Shown here piece after piece: positions 49,979-58,293 of a stretch of DNA of 64,000 nucleotides. Position 1 is the first letter of the stretch; the number at the start of each line of letters is the position of its first letter. Where the stretch lies: positions 64,001 to 128,000 of IMG/VR virus record IMGVR_UViG_3300043411_001575, one strand, 5' to 3'. Made by a program: the position numbers and the translations under genes. The DNA comes from a virus. The notes under the pieces were generated by a model. It did no database searches. It saw only the letters and a list, made by a program, of their open reading frames with translations, and was not told the origin of the DNA.

Positions 49979-50764
49979 ATGAGCGAGGGCAAAAAAGAAA
50001 TATTATTAGGAGATTGTTTGGAACTTATGAAGGATATACCAAACGGAAGTATTGATATGATACTTTGTGATTTACCATACGGAACAACTGCTTGTAAATG
50101 GGATAGTGTAATACCTTTTGAACCACTTTGGAAAGAATATGAAAGGATTATAAAGACCAATGGTGCTATTTTATTGTTTGGAACACAACCATTCACAACA
50201 GAACTAATATTGAGCAATAGAAAATTGTTTAAGTATGATATGGTTTGGTGCAAAGACAAACCTGCTGACTTCGGAAATGGCAATATAAAACCATTAAGAT
50301 ACCACGAAACAATTTGTGTATTTTATACCAAAACGCCAACATACAATAAGCAATTTGAAAGCAGAAAAGGAACTGGCTATTCAAGGGCTAAATATCCTGT
50401 AAATTACATAAACAATTCAGAGCATAAATTTGGAATGAAAGATGGTTCTTTTGATTATGCAAATAAAGACAGAATGATTGGAACTGTAATAGATATTACA
50501 ACTGGTGCAAGAGGTAGCATAAAACACCCAACAGTAAAGCCCGTTCCTTTATTTGAACATTTAATCAAAACATATACCAACGAAGGTGAATTGGTTTTAG
50601 ATAATACAGCAGGAAGCGGAACAACTGCAATTGCTTGTTTGAATACTAAAAGGCAATTTATAGTAATGGAAAAAGAACAAAAGTATTACGATATGATTTT
50701 AAAAAGGGTGGGAGATTTTAATAAAAATTTTGAACCGCAAACTCTCTTTGGAAACGAAATGTAG
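49979..50764 (+). CDS. DNA methyltransferase, beta class
   Basis: CDLPY, HPTVKP, LDNTAGSGTT. Confidence 0.9.
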   Translation: MSEGKKEILLGDCLELMKDIPNGSIDMILCDLPYGTTACKWDSVIPFEPLWKEYERIIKTNGAILLFGTQPFTTELILSNRKLFKYDMVWCKDKPADFGNGNIKPLRYHETICVFYTKTPTYNKQFESRKGTGYSRAKYPVNYINNSEHKFGMKDGSFDYANKDRMIGTVIDITTGARGSIKHPTVKPVPLFEHLIKTYTNEGELVLDNTAGSGTTAIACLNTKRQFIVMEKEQKYYDMILKRVGDFNKNFEPQTLFGNEM

Positions 50765-50848
50765 TGCTTGCGTATAACGGTATCGGGCTTGGCGAAGTGG
50801 CTGAACCGAATGTTTGATAGAAGCACAAAACTTAATAATTAAAAACGA

Positions 50849-51643
50849 ATGATTGATAGAATTACTGAACAGCCATTTTGCCAAACCCGTGTTATGTGCA
50901 GGGCGGTTGATAACCTTGAACTCCTTTTGTCGCAACCTGATGAAAGTGTAGATTTGATTTACTGTGATATTCTTTATGGAACGGGTAGGAATTTCGGTGA
51001 TTACCAAGACTTAAAACCAATTAGAAGCGAAATAGAAAGCCACTACCTACCAAGACTTATTGAAATGAAACGAGTTTTAAAAAGTACAGGTAGTATTTAT
51101 TTGCAAATGGATACACGAATAAACCATTGGATGCGCATTTTGATGGATGATGTTTTTGGGTATGAAAATTTCCGCAATGAAATAGTATTTGGATATAATG
51201 GGGGTGGTGTTTCAAAGAATTGTTATCCTAAAAAACACGACATAATCTTGTTTTATTCTGTTAGTGATAAATACTATTTTAATAACGAAAAGAAACCATA
51301 CTCCGCTTTAAGTTCACAAAACTTATTGTGGAAACATAGGAATAAAAAAAGACTTGATGAACTTAATGATGGCACACCTGTAACCGATGTATGGACTGAT
51401 TTGAAGTTTAAAATAAATTACCAAGAGGAAGAATATACAGGATATGCTACCCAAAAAACAAAAGAATTATTGAGCCGTATTGTTTTAGCTTCCACAAATG
51501 AAGGCGATACAGTTGCAGATTATTATTTAGGTAGTGGCACAACGGCAGTAGTTTGTAAGGAACTGAACCGAAATTTTATAGGTTGCGATATTAATCCAAA
51601 AGCTATTGAAATAACAAATGCTCGTTTAGATGCACTTTCGTAG
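50849..51643 (+). CDS. DNA methyltransferase, beta class, atypical DILY motif IV
   Basis: CDILY, YATQK, DYYLGSGTT; paralog of 20314. Confidence 0.85.
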   Translation: MIDRITEQPFCQTRVMCRAVDNLELLLSQPDESVDLIYCDILYGTGRNFGDYQDLKPIRSEIESHYLPRLIEMKRVLKSTGSIYLQMDTRINHWMRILMDDVFGYENFRNEIVFGYNGGGVSKNCYPKKHDIILFYSVSDKYYFNNEKKPYSALSSQNLLWKHRNKKRLDELNDGTPVTDVWTDLKFKINYQEEEYTGYATQKTKELLSRIVLASTNEGDTVADYYLGSGTTAVVCKELNRNFIGCDINPKAIEITNARLDALS

Positions 51644-51649
51644 CTTTGC

Positions 51650-51702
51650 ACATAACGTGTATTTAATGGAATGGAGTGTCAAAATCAATTAGTTACATAA
51701 TA
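51650..51702. other. Putative attI-like site
   Basis: The last TAAC core (51656) is followed by no hairpin; the integrase ATG lies 46 bp downstream. Confidence 0.5.
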
Positions 51703-52572
51703 ATGGAAGATAAAATTAACAAATTAAGGAGGGAGTTATCCATAAGGAAATATGCTCCTAATACAGTTGAAACATATTGTTCATGTCTTAAAGTTATTTT
51801 TAGTAAATGTGGAATTAATCCAAGTATTGATTCTTTAAAGTCATATTTATTAACTATTGAAAATAGAAACTACCATAAACAAATAGTCGCTACATTCAGA
51901 AACTACTCTGAATTTGTATTAGGTATTAAATTATCTTTAAACGATGTTCCTTATCCTAGAAAACAAGAAAGTTTGCCTGAAATATATTCAGTTGAAGAGG
52001 TTTCTAAATTAATTAATATTCCTAAAAATTTAAAACATCAATCTATAATTTTTTTATTGTATGGATGTGGACTTAGAGTTAGTGAATTAATTAATTTAAA
52101 ATTAACTGATATAGATAGTGATAGAATGGTTGTTAACATCCGAAAAGCAAAAGGAAATAAGGACAGGCAAATAATGTTGGATGAATCTTTACTTAAATTA
52201 CTTCGTGATTATTACACTGAATATAAACCAATAAATTATTTATTCAATGGTCAAAAAAAAGACCAATATAGTGACAGGTCTGTAAATGAACTTCTTAAAT
52301 ATTGGTCTAAAAAAGCAGGTATAAAAAAACATATTCATGCTCATTTATTAAGGCATTCATTCGCTACCCATCTTTTAGATGCAGGAATAGACATGGCTAT
52401 AATTCAAAAGTTATTAGGTCATTCAAACATAAAAACAACGCAAATTTATGCAAAAATTTCAACCAAATTAATATCTCAAATTAAATCTCCATTATCAAAC
52501 ATTAAAATCAATTCAAATGAAAAATCTAGTAATATTATTCCTTTGTGGAATTCTGATAGGTTTCCAAACTAA
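51703..52572 (+). CDS. Tyrosine recombinase, integron-integrase-like without the IntI insertion
   Basis: N-terminal SAM-like domain (RKYAPNTVETY); GLRVSE, KAKGNKDR, HLLRHSFATH, LLGH, TQIY. Confidence 0.92.
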   Translation: MEDKINKLRRELSIRKYAPNTVETYCSCLKVIFSKCGINPSIDSLKSYLLTIENRNYHKQIVATFRNYSEFVLGIKLSLNDVPYPRKQESLPEIYSVEEVSKLINIPKNLKHQSIIFLLYGCGLRVSELINLKLTDIDSDRMVVNIRKAKGNKDRQIMLDESLLKLLRDYYTEYKPINYLFNGQKKDQYSDRSVNELLKYWSKKAGIKKHIHAHLLRHSFATHLLDAGIDMAIIQKLLGHSNIKTTQIYAKISTKLISQIKSPLSNIKINSNEKSSNIIPLWNSDRFPN

Positions 52573-52633
52573 GACCAAAAAGCAATTTAACTTTAAATCT
52601 CATTCAAAATTAACTAAAGCTGATTCCTAAAAC

Positions 52634-53395
52634 GTGCTAAAATTAGAAGATAAAGATTTCAATGACTATGTTACCCATCTTAGTGAATCAGGGTCAAGAT
52701 TTATTGTAGACGAAAAAAGGAACACTAAAAGTATAATTATTAGTGGAAAATATTTTGCATTTACAAAAAACAAAAACCATTTAGCTAAAGGTGAAGAAAA
52801 AAAAGAAATGTTATCTCTATTTAGTCAGGTAGGAAAATCTGTTTCAAACTACATAAAACTAAATGAGTTTGATGTAGAAAAAATAAAGCAGATTCATCCG
52901 CAAACTCAAGTTGACAGAAAAAAATATGAGAAGATGAAAGTAGGAGCTGAGTTCTTCTATGTTGATATTTCCCATTGTTTTTGGAGAATTGGTTTTTTAA
53001 AAGGATACATTAATCCAAAGCTATACAACAAAGTATTAAAGAACCCAAGTTTAAAGCAATTCAGGAACATGTCCCTTGCCATAATTAAAGCAGCTCGCTC
53101 TAGGTACTATTTTGATAATGGCAAACTAATAAATAAAGTTACTGAAGAAAGAACCCTGTGGGAGAATGTATATGATAACATCAGGTTCACCTGCTATAAC
53201 TTTTTAGGAGAAACAAAGAGTGTTGCAGGAAATAAATTCGTCGCTTACAAAACAGATGGTATAATGGTCACTAGACCCGCTTTAAAGAAGATTAAAGATG
53301 CTTTCACTGCGGCAGGATTCGAATACAAGGTTATCACCTGCTTTAAAGTTGATGATAAAAACTACTCTTATGGAGGTCTAATTAAGAAGATTTAG
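52634..53395 (+). CDS. Hypothetical protein with family-B DNA polymerase palm-like motifs
   Basis: YVDISHCFW, KQFRNMSL, YKTDG. Confidence 0.4.
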   Translation: MLKLEDKDFNDYVTHLSESGSRFIVDEKRNTKSIIISGKYFAFTKNKNHLAKGEEKKEMLSLFSQVGKSVSNYIKLNEFDVEKIKQIHPQTQVDRKKYEKMKVGAEFFYVDISHCFWRIGFLKGYINPKLYNKVLKNPSLKQFRNMSLAIIKAARSRYYFDNGKLINKVTEERTLWENVYDNIRFTCYNFLGETKSVAGNKFVAYKTDGIMVTRPALKKIKDAFTAAGFEYKVITCFKVDDKNYSYGGLIKKI

Positions 53396-53784
53396 AATCA
53401 ATATCATTGTGCAAAAACTCCAAACAAGGGTATTTTTACCCCTGAAAACAAATTATTTTTACAAGTTATTAACAAATTATGTTAAAATGGTATTTTTACC
53501 ATATTTATCAATAGTTTCATCACCAAATGAAATACTAAAAACACATTAAAAACAGGTAACTTTACCCCTAATTGTTAATATCTTTTAACTCACAATTTTG
53601 GCACTTATCACAAAATACCTACATTTGTATTGTAATTAACGGTCAAAATAAAACATAAGCCACCATGAAAATAACTATTCAACTCTCAGATATGGTAACT
53701 ACCATAGAAAAGATACTAAACTTTGAAGATGTTATGGCAATGGCTCTAATGTACAATCCTAATTAAACAAATAAAAACAATAAT

Positions 53785-54180
53785 ATGGAAATCAAATTAA
53801 CACCCCAAGAGAGCGAAAGCTATTTTTATAACGCTTTATGCAACGGAATTGATTATGTATCGGGATATGGACTAGAGTTCAATTATAAATCAGAAGACTA
53901 CCAAAAAGCTAAAAAAGTTTGGGCTAAGGCTAATCCTGATAGTTCACCATGTAGAGAAGATATATGGCTGCAAATATTAAGAAATGGTGGCGAATTAACG
54001 CTTATTGACCATGAGTGTGAAGGTGAGTACACTAAGTCAATAAACATTAAACATGTACACGAAAGAGTTCAATTAACGGAGGTTCAACATTTATTAGATA
54101 TGCGAAATGAAAATGATGATGCTACTACGGCTGATTGCATACTTCAAACTTGCTTTTACGAAGAGATAATTTTCGGATAA
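53785..54180 (+). CDS. Hypothetical phage protein
   Basis: ORF after promoter TACATTTG at 53620-53627. Confidence 0.7.
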   Translation: MEIKLTPQESESYFYNALCNGIDYVSGYGLEFNYKSEDYQKAKKVWAKANPDSSPCREDIWLQILRNGGELTLIDHECEGEYTKSINIKHVHERVQLTEVQHLLDMRNENDDATTADCILQTCFYEEIIFG

Positions 54181-54199
54181 AATAATCAAATACAAAAAC

Positions 54200-54484
54200 A
54201 TGGAAACCATAATAAATAAATTCGGGGAACAACAGACGAGTTGGACAAGTCACAAGCACCCAAATAATCCTGATTTCATGCAGGTTGTTAAGTACACTCA
54301 TATTGTTAAATCAGATGGCAAAACTTCTTTACATTGGAGCTTATTTAACGCTTCATCTAATGATAATCATGTTATACCAAATATAACATTAGAAGAAGCA
54401 AAAAGTAGATTTACAGATGTAAATGAAAAAGAAATTACTGAGGAGAATTTTCAAAAATGGTTAAATGAAAAAAAACACCAATAA
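54200..54484 (+). CDS. Hypothetical protein
   Basis: Operon-packed ORF. Confidence 0.6.
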   Translation: METIINKFGEQQTSWTSHKHPNNPDFMQVVKYTHIVKSDGKTSLHWSLFNASSNDNHVIPNITLEEAKSRFTDVNEKEITEENFQKWLNEKKHQ

Positions 54485-54495
54485 AACAAGAAATC

Positions 54496-54807
54496 ATGGA
54501 TACAGAAAACGAAATACAAGAAGACATAAAGCATATTTTAATCTTCGATAGCAAAGGTGATTATTATTGTGAAACGAATGGAGTAACAAATGCAGGTAAA
54601 ATAACAGGTGCTAATCCATCAAATATTTTTAGAGTAGCTAATAATGGAGACATAATCAGCACAAGTGATTATTACTTCATTAGCAGGTCAACTACTAGAC
54701 AAACAATTGCAGACTTAGAACTCGCTATAAAACTAATCATTATCTGTAAAGATACAAGGGGGCTTTCAAATAGAATTAGAGAAATTTTAAAAACAATTAA
54801 AAAGTAA
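54496..54807 (+). CDS. Hypothetical protein
   Basis: Operon-packed ORF. Confidence 0.6.
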   Translation: MDTENEIQEDIKHILIFDSKGDYYCETNGVTNAGKITGANPSNIFRVANNGDIISTSDYYFISRSTTRQTIADLELAIKLIIICKDTRGLSNRIREILKTIKK

Positions 54808-54814
54808 AACAGCC

Positions 54815-55300
54815 ATGAAAAAAGAATTAAGCTTAGGTAAAGTAGCCTACGACGGAAAAACAAAGTCAAACGAGGTAAGTCTTGAATTGAGAATAGAAAC
54901 TAAAAAAGAGTGCATCGATTGGGATACATTGAAGCCAATTAAGAATGTAACCGAATTAGCAATCAGTGGGAATATTTGGAACAGCAAAAAAACTGATGTT
55001 TATTGTGGCGGTCAGTGCTTAGATACTATCTCTGAATTCATTAAAACAAAAGAGTTTAATCGTATTAAAGCTATTTGGGAAGAATACCACCTAAACGATA
55101 TGAATGCAGGAACTAAAGCTCAAACTGAGGCTATCAGAAAATGGGAAGCTAAGGGTAACAAATATGATTACACTAATGCTTGTAACCACCTTAAAAAAAT
55201 TGGACTTCTTCACGATAGAGGATACCAATATGGAACAGGATGGTTGTGTCAACAAATACCATCTGAAGTAATTAAGGAAATAGAAACTCTTTTTAGTTAA
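54815..55300 (+). CDS. Hypothetical phage protein
   Basis: Operon-packed ORF. Confidence 0.7.
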   Translation: MKKELSLGKVAYDGKTKSNEVSLELRIETKKECIDWDTLKPIKNVTELAISGNIWNSKKTDVYCGGQCLDTISEFIKTKEFNRIKAIWEEYHLNDMNAGTKAQTEAIRKWEAKGNKYDYTNACNHLKKIGLLHDRGYQYGTGWLCQQIPSEVIKEIETLFS

Positions 55301-55325
55301 TTTTAATCATAAAAAAAATAAAGTT

Positions 55326-55778
55326 ATGAAAGAATTAATAACTAACTCGCTAAATGATGCTTTTATTCTTTTAGAAAAGCAAGTACCGCAAACAAAAAGG
55401 AAAACTGAGAGCATAAGCATTCAAGGTGTAAAGCCATTAGAACTTTCATCATTCATGAAAGATAATAGTGTACCAAATGATGCTTATTTTAGTGGAAGAG
55501 ATAACGGATATGATGCTTGGGACGATATTATTTTAGCTTGGGAAGTAGACGTACCTACAACAGATAAAGATAAATTATTATTCAAAAGAAAAAGATTCTC
55601 AGATATTGCTTTCAGACTCGTATATGATTTGTTAACAAAATGTGGGTACAAAAGAGTTGGATATAACACAGGTTTATTAAAAGAATTTAAAGATACAACA
55701 GTGTACGACATGTATGTTAATAAAGAATTTGATAGACTAGTTAAATACTACTCATTACCATTTATTAAAGAATCATAA
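55326..55778 (+). CDS. Hypothetical protein
   Basis: Operon-packed ORF. Confidence 0.65.
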   Translation: MKELITNSLNDAFILLEKQVPQTKRKTESISIQGVKPLELSSFMKDNSVPNDAYFSGRDNGYDAWDDIILAWEVDVPTTDKDKLLFKRKRFSDIAFRLVYDLLTKCGYKRVGYNTGLLKEFKDTTVYDMYVNKEFDRLVKYYSLPFIKES

Positions 55779-55827
55779 GTAAACCTATACGTATAATTAA
55801 AAGTTAAACAACTAAAAAACAATAACT

Positions 55828-56154
55828 ATGCAACATTTATTTGTAACATACGAAATAGCTAAGAAGCTAAAAGAATTAGGATTTGATAGACTTTGTTTCA
55901 CATATTTTTTTGCAGGTACTAATGATTTATATAATGGTACTGTAAGAATGTACAACTTTAATAAAGGATTAGAAACTTCTGCTCCACTATGGCAACAAGC
56001 TATTGATTGGTTTTACGATAACCACGAGATTTTAATAGTTCAGATTCCATCTTACAGTATGAAAGTTTGGGAAGTAAGTAAAAAAGGGAATAAAGATGTA
56101 ATTTCAGGGCTATCAATTAACAAGGCAATCGAGGAAGCAATTAAATTAATTTAA
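55828..56154 (+). CDS. Hypothetical phage protein
   Basis: Operon-packed ORF. Confidence 0.65.
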   Translation: MQHLFVTYEIAKKLKELGFDRLCFTYFFAGTNDLYNGTVRMYNFNKGLETSAPLWQQAIDWFYDNHEILIVQIPSYSMKVWEVSKKGNKDVISGLSINKAIEEAIKLI

Positions 56155-56166
56155 AAAAAACAAATC

Positions 56167-56394
56167 GTGGAAAATTCAAACATAAATTCAGGTTCAGAAG
56201 TATTTCGCCCAAAGACAAGAGGTGAGCTATATGATAAAATTAAAGAAGGTGTTAAATGTGAAGTAGTAGCTTCAAACAAAGCGTTTACATCACTTGCACT
56301 ACAATCACTAGCAATCATTAAAAAAGAAGGGCTTAAATTCAAAACTAGTCCTTCAAAAAACATAGGGTGGGTAATTTTCGAAAAGTCAGTTTAA
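56167..56394 (+). CDS. Hypothetical protein
   Basis: Operon-packed ORF. Confidence 0.55.
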   Translation: MENSNINSGSEVFRPKTRGELYDKIKEGVKCEVVASNKAFTSLALQSLAIIKKEGLKFKTSPSKNIGWVIFEKSV

Positions 56395-56415
56395 CTAATT
56401 TTAAAAAAAACGATT

Positions 56416-56631
56416 ATGGACGACATAAAAATCGGGGACTTTGTAAAAGGTTCTTATAAGTTCGGGTGTATCTGTGGAGTTGTTGTTGATGTTAAAAAAT
56501 CAATTGTAATAATTAAAAAATGTAATCAACATTACAATGAATATACTCTCACAGAAAAATTAGTAAATGTAACAAAAAGCAGAATTAGAGAAGTAGGTTT
56601 AAATGAAAACGAAACATTAAAATTAAGTTAA
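56416..56631 (+). CDS. Hypothetical protein
   Basis: Operon-packed ORF. Confidence 0.6.
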   Translation: MDDIKIGDFVKGSYKFGCICGVVVDVKKSIVIIKKCNQHYNEYTLTEKLVNVTKSRIREVGLNENETLKLS

Positions 56632-56632
56632 A

Positions 56633-57064
56633 ATGAAAACTAAAGAAGTTGAAACTAAAAACAGATTAATTCTAAGAATAAACCTGTACGTTGATTATAC
56701 AAACGATACTCAACCATTAACTGAAAACCATAAGTTGTTTGAAGTAATAAAAGAAACAGAACACCGATTATACTTCAAGGGTGGCGGCTATACAAACAAA
56801 GAAAATATTGGTGATGTAAAAGGAACAATGAGTGTTATTGAAACAGCAGATAACAACTACAAAACAATATTCAATTCTTCAATCTATTGTAATCCTGAAG
56901 ACGAACAAGAGTACCAAGCATTACTAAGAGCTGACTTCATTAATCAAGTTACAAAGATGAAAAACCAAGTATCTAAGTTCCACAGCCTTTACGCTCATGA
57001 TGATATTCTCCCATCAGATTCAGATTATGTTGTCGTAACTAAAAAATCGGAAGTAGTAATTTAA
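56633..57064 (+). CDS. Hypothetical protein
   Basis: Operon-packed ORF. Confidence 0.65.
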   Translation: MKTKEVETKNRLILRINLYVDYTNDTQPLTENHKLFEVIKETEHRLYFKGGGYTNKENIGDVKGTMSVIETADNNYKTIFNSSIYCNPEDEQEYQALLRADFINQVTKMKNQVSKFHSLYAHDDILPSDSDYVVVTKKSEVVI

Positions 57065-57178
57065 AAAAAACAAAAGCCATGATTTACCTTACAATTTTTA
57101 ATACAATAGCAATCATCGTAATTTTCTTTTTACTAGGTATACACAAAAAGTTTAGCATCGAGGTAAAAACAACTTTTT

Positions 57179-57451
57179 TTGATAAAACAAAAGTTGGCAT
57201 TCAATTTTAACAATAGAGGGTTCATGTATATTCCTTTAAGAAATAGAAGAAAGATTGAACTACACGAAGAAGTTTGTAGATTAATAGCAGGAAGTGAGCA
57301 GAATAGAATATATACTCTAAACGCTAAATTTTCTTGGGTAAAAACAGATAGGGAATTATATGAATTCGAGAAAGAATATTCTACTGTAGATAGAAAGATT
57401 GTTGAAACGCTAGTATCTAATTTCAAAAACAAAAATCATGGAACTCAATAA
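57179..57451 (+). CDS. Hypothetical protein, start uncertain
   Basis: TTG-start ORF. Confidence 0.45.
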   Translation: MIKQKLAFNFNNRGFMYIPLRNRRKIELHEEVCRLIAGSEQNRIYTLNAKFSWVKTDRELYEFEKEYSTVDRKIVETLVSNFKNKNHGTQ

Positions 57452-57698
57452 AATTTTAGAAAACCTTTGTTACTATGACAAGCGCAATCCTAACTGCACA
57501 ATGGATGATAAGGAATTAAAAGAGCATCGTGAAAGCAGAAAACGTAATAATTTAATCGCTTTGAAAAATCTACGAGCAAAAGGTGTGAAAATAACTGAAT
57601 ACGAATCAGGTTGCTCATGTGACAACTGCTTCTACGGGAGAACAGAATTAGCAGAGGAAATTTTAAAACTTAAAAATATTCAAAATGAAACAGTATAA
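57438..57698 (+). CDS. Hypothetical Cys-containing protein
   Basis: LCYYD..C ... CSCDNCFYG. Confidence 0.6.
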   Translation: MELNKILENLCYYDKRNPNCTMDDKELKEHRESRKRNNLIALKNLRAKGVKITEYESGCSCDNCFYGRTELAEEILKLKNIQNETV

Positions 57699-57885
57699 AT
57701 ACAAGGTAATATACCTTAACGGAAACGAAGAAACATTCACCTGTAATGGTTTCAATTCTGCAATTATTTTAGGCATGGCTCATGCTATCCATAAAGCTTG
57801 GGATATGAGAATAAAATACATCACCGATGAAAAAGGTGTACAAATTAAGGATATTGAATCACCTACTTACAATTATTCACATTAA
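57685..57885 (+). CDS. Hypothetical protein
   Basis: Operon-packed ORF. Confidence 0.6.
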   Translation: MKQYKYKVIYLNGNEETFTCNGFNSAIILGMAHAIHKAWDMRIKYITDEKGVQIKDIESPTYNYSH

Positions 57886-57897
57886 AAGCCAAGCTCA

Positions 57898-58293
57898 ATG
57901 AAAAATAAACCTATAAAAATATCAATCCCATTTGGCTTATCTGCAAAAGATGAAGTTAATGCAATATCAGAAATGCTTATTCAAAAAAAATTAAGCGGAA
58001 AAGGGGTAAATGAAAATAAAAAGCAGATTGGCGATAGAGTTGATGTTCATTACTTAGAACAAACAATTATTGTAAAACGTGTTCCAAAAGAAAAAATTAT
58101 CGAACACGTTAAATGTTCTGCGTGTAATTGTGATTATCAGAGTGACTTATTTTTTCCTGTATTTGTTAACTATGGTGGCAAAAACAAAAAATTAAAATTT
58201 TGTTCTGTTATCTGCCAAGAAAATGTAATTGATTTATGTGGAGAAGGCAGAGCGTCAAAGAAAAATAATTTAAAACCACTTTTTAAACACTAA
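57898..58293 (+). CDS. Hypothetical Zn-finger protein
   Basis: CSAC ... FCSVIC. Confidence 0.6.
   Translation: MKNKPIKISIPFGLSAKDEVNAISEMLIQKKLSGKGVNENKKQIGDRVDVHYLEQTIIVKRVPKEKIIEHVKCSACNCDYQSDLFFPVFVNYGGKNKKLKFCSVICQENVIDLCGEGRASKKNNLKPLFKH

Larger units (their letters stand above)
13781..50890. repeat. About 50 dispersed attC-like hairpins between units
   Basis: Intervals between YAAC and the next GTTR are imperfect palindromes of ~50-120 bp (four are 316-378 bp). Recurring families: 20244/22782/38099/45002/45883/50779; 31931/35310/38941; 21149/37324/39954; 14884/49793; 16096/24691; 18012/47412; 19630/46713; 22227/42829; 25841/43731; 29372/34417; 27977/28967; 23621/25372/31550. Confidence 0.9.
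13358..52572. mobile_element. Integron-like element: 53-unit cassette array plus tyrosine recombinase
   Basis: GTTR..YAAC units: 13358-13780, 13890-14883, 15001-16095, 16148-17098, 17207-18011, 18093-18811, 18931-19151, 19274-19629, 19679-20243, 20356-21148, 21266-22226, 22307-22781, 22894-23620, 23999-24027, 24110-24323, 24443-24690, 24743-25371, (25372-25840 fused), 25920-26888, 26943-27976, 28293-28364, 28482-28966, 29300-29371, 29426-30120, 30182-30918, 31000-31549, 31902-31930, 32011-32870, 32954-33431, 33514-33741, 33824-34416, 34471-35309, 35390-36322, 36412-37323, 37442-38098, 38211-38940, 39021-39629, 39712-39953, 40071-40628, 40710-41572, 41690-42425, 42533-42828, 42909-43730, 43810-45001, 45114-45882, 45995-46712, 46762-47411, 47494-47993, 48059-49030, 49149-49446, 49564-49792, 49911-50778, 50891-51656. 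Confidence 0.9.

Noticed and set aside
13781-50890. Hairpins as simple intrinsic terminators or REP elements
   Set aside because: No consistent U-tails, fixed AAC/GTT cores, many are translated through, and no RAYT/TnpA is present
13818-51643. Restriction-modification island or diversity-generating retroelement
   Set aside because: No recognisable restriction endonuclease or reverse transcriptase; variation is segmental rather than adenine-specific
51641-51648. TAGCTTTG in the last cassette end as the integrase promoter
   Set aside because: Matches TAnnTTTG, but there is no clear -33 element and the paralogous end at 21133 differs; cannot be supported without TSS data
13358-51656. CRISPR array
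   Set aside because: Repeats are long, heterogeneous palindromes separated by whole genes, not identical direct repeats with 30-40 nt spacers; no cas genes
13358-51656. Shufflon/invertible region driven by the recombinase
   Set aside because: Units have inverted ends, but every cargo ORF is on the same strand; inversion would give mixed orientations
57079-57451. Programmed frameshift at the T7 run (57174-57180) joining two ORFs
   Set aside because: Could equally be two small genes or a homopolymer error; no supporting structure
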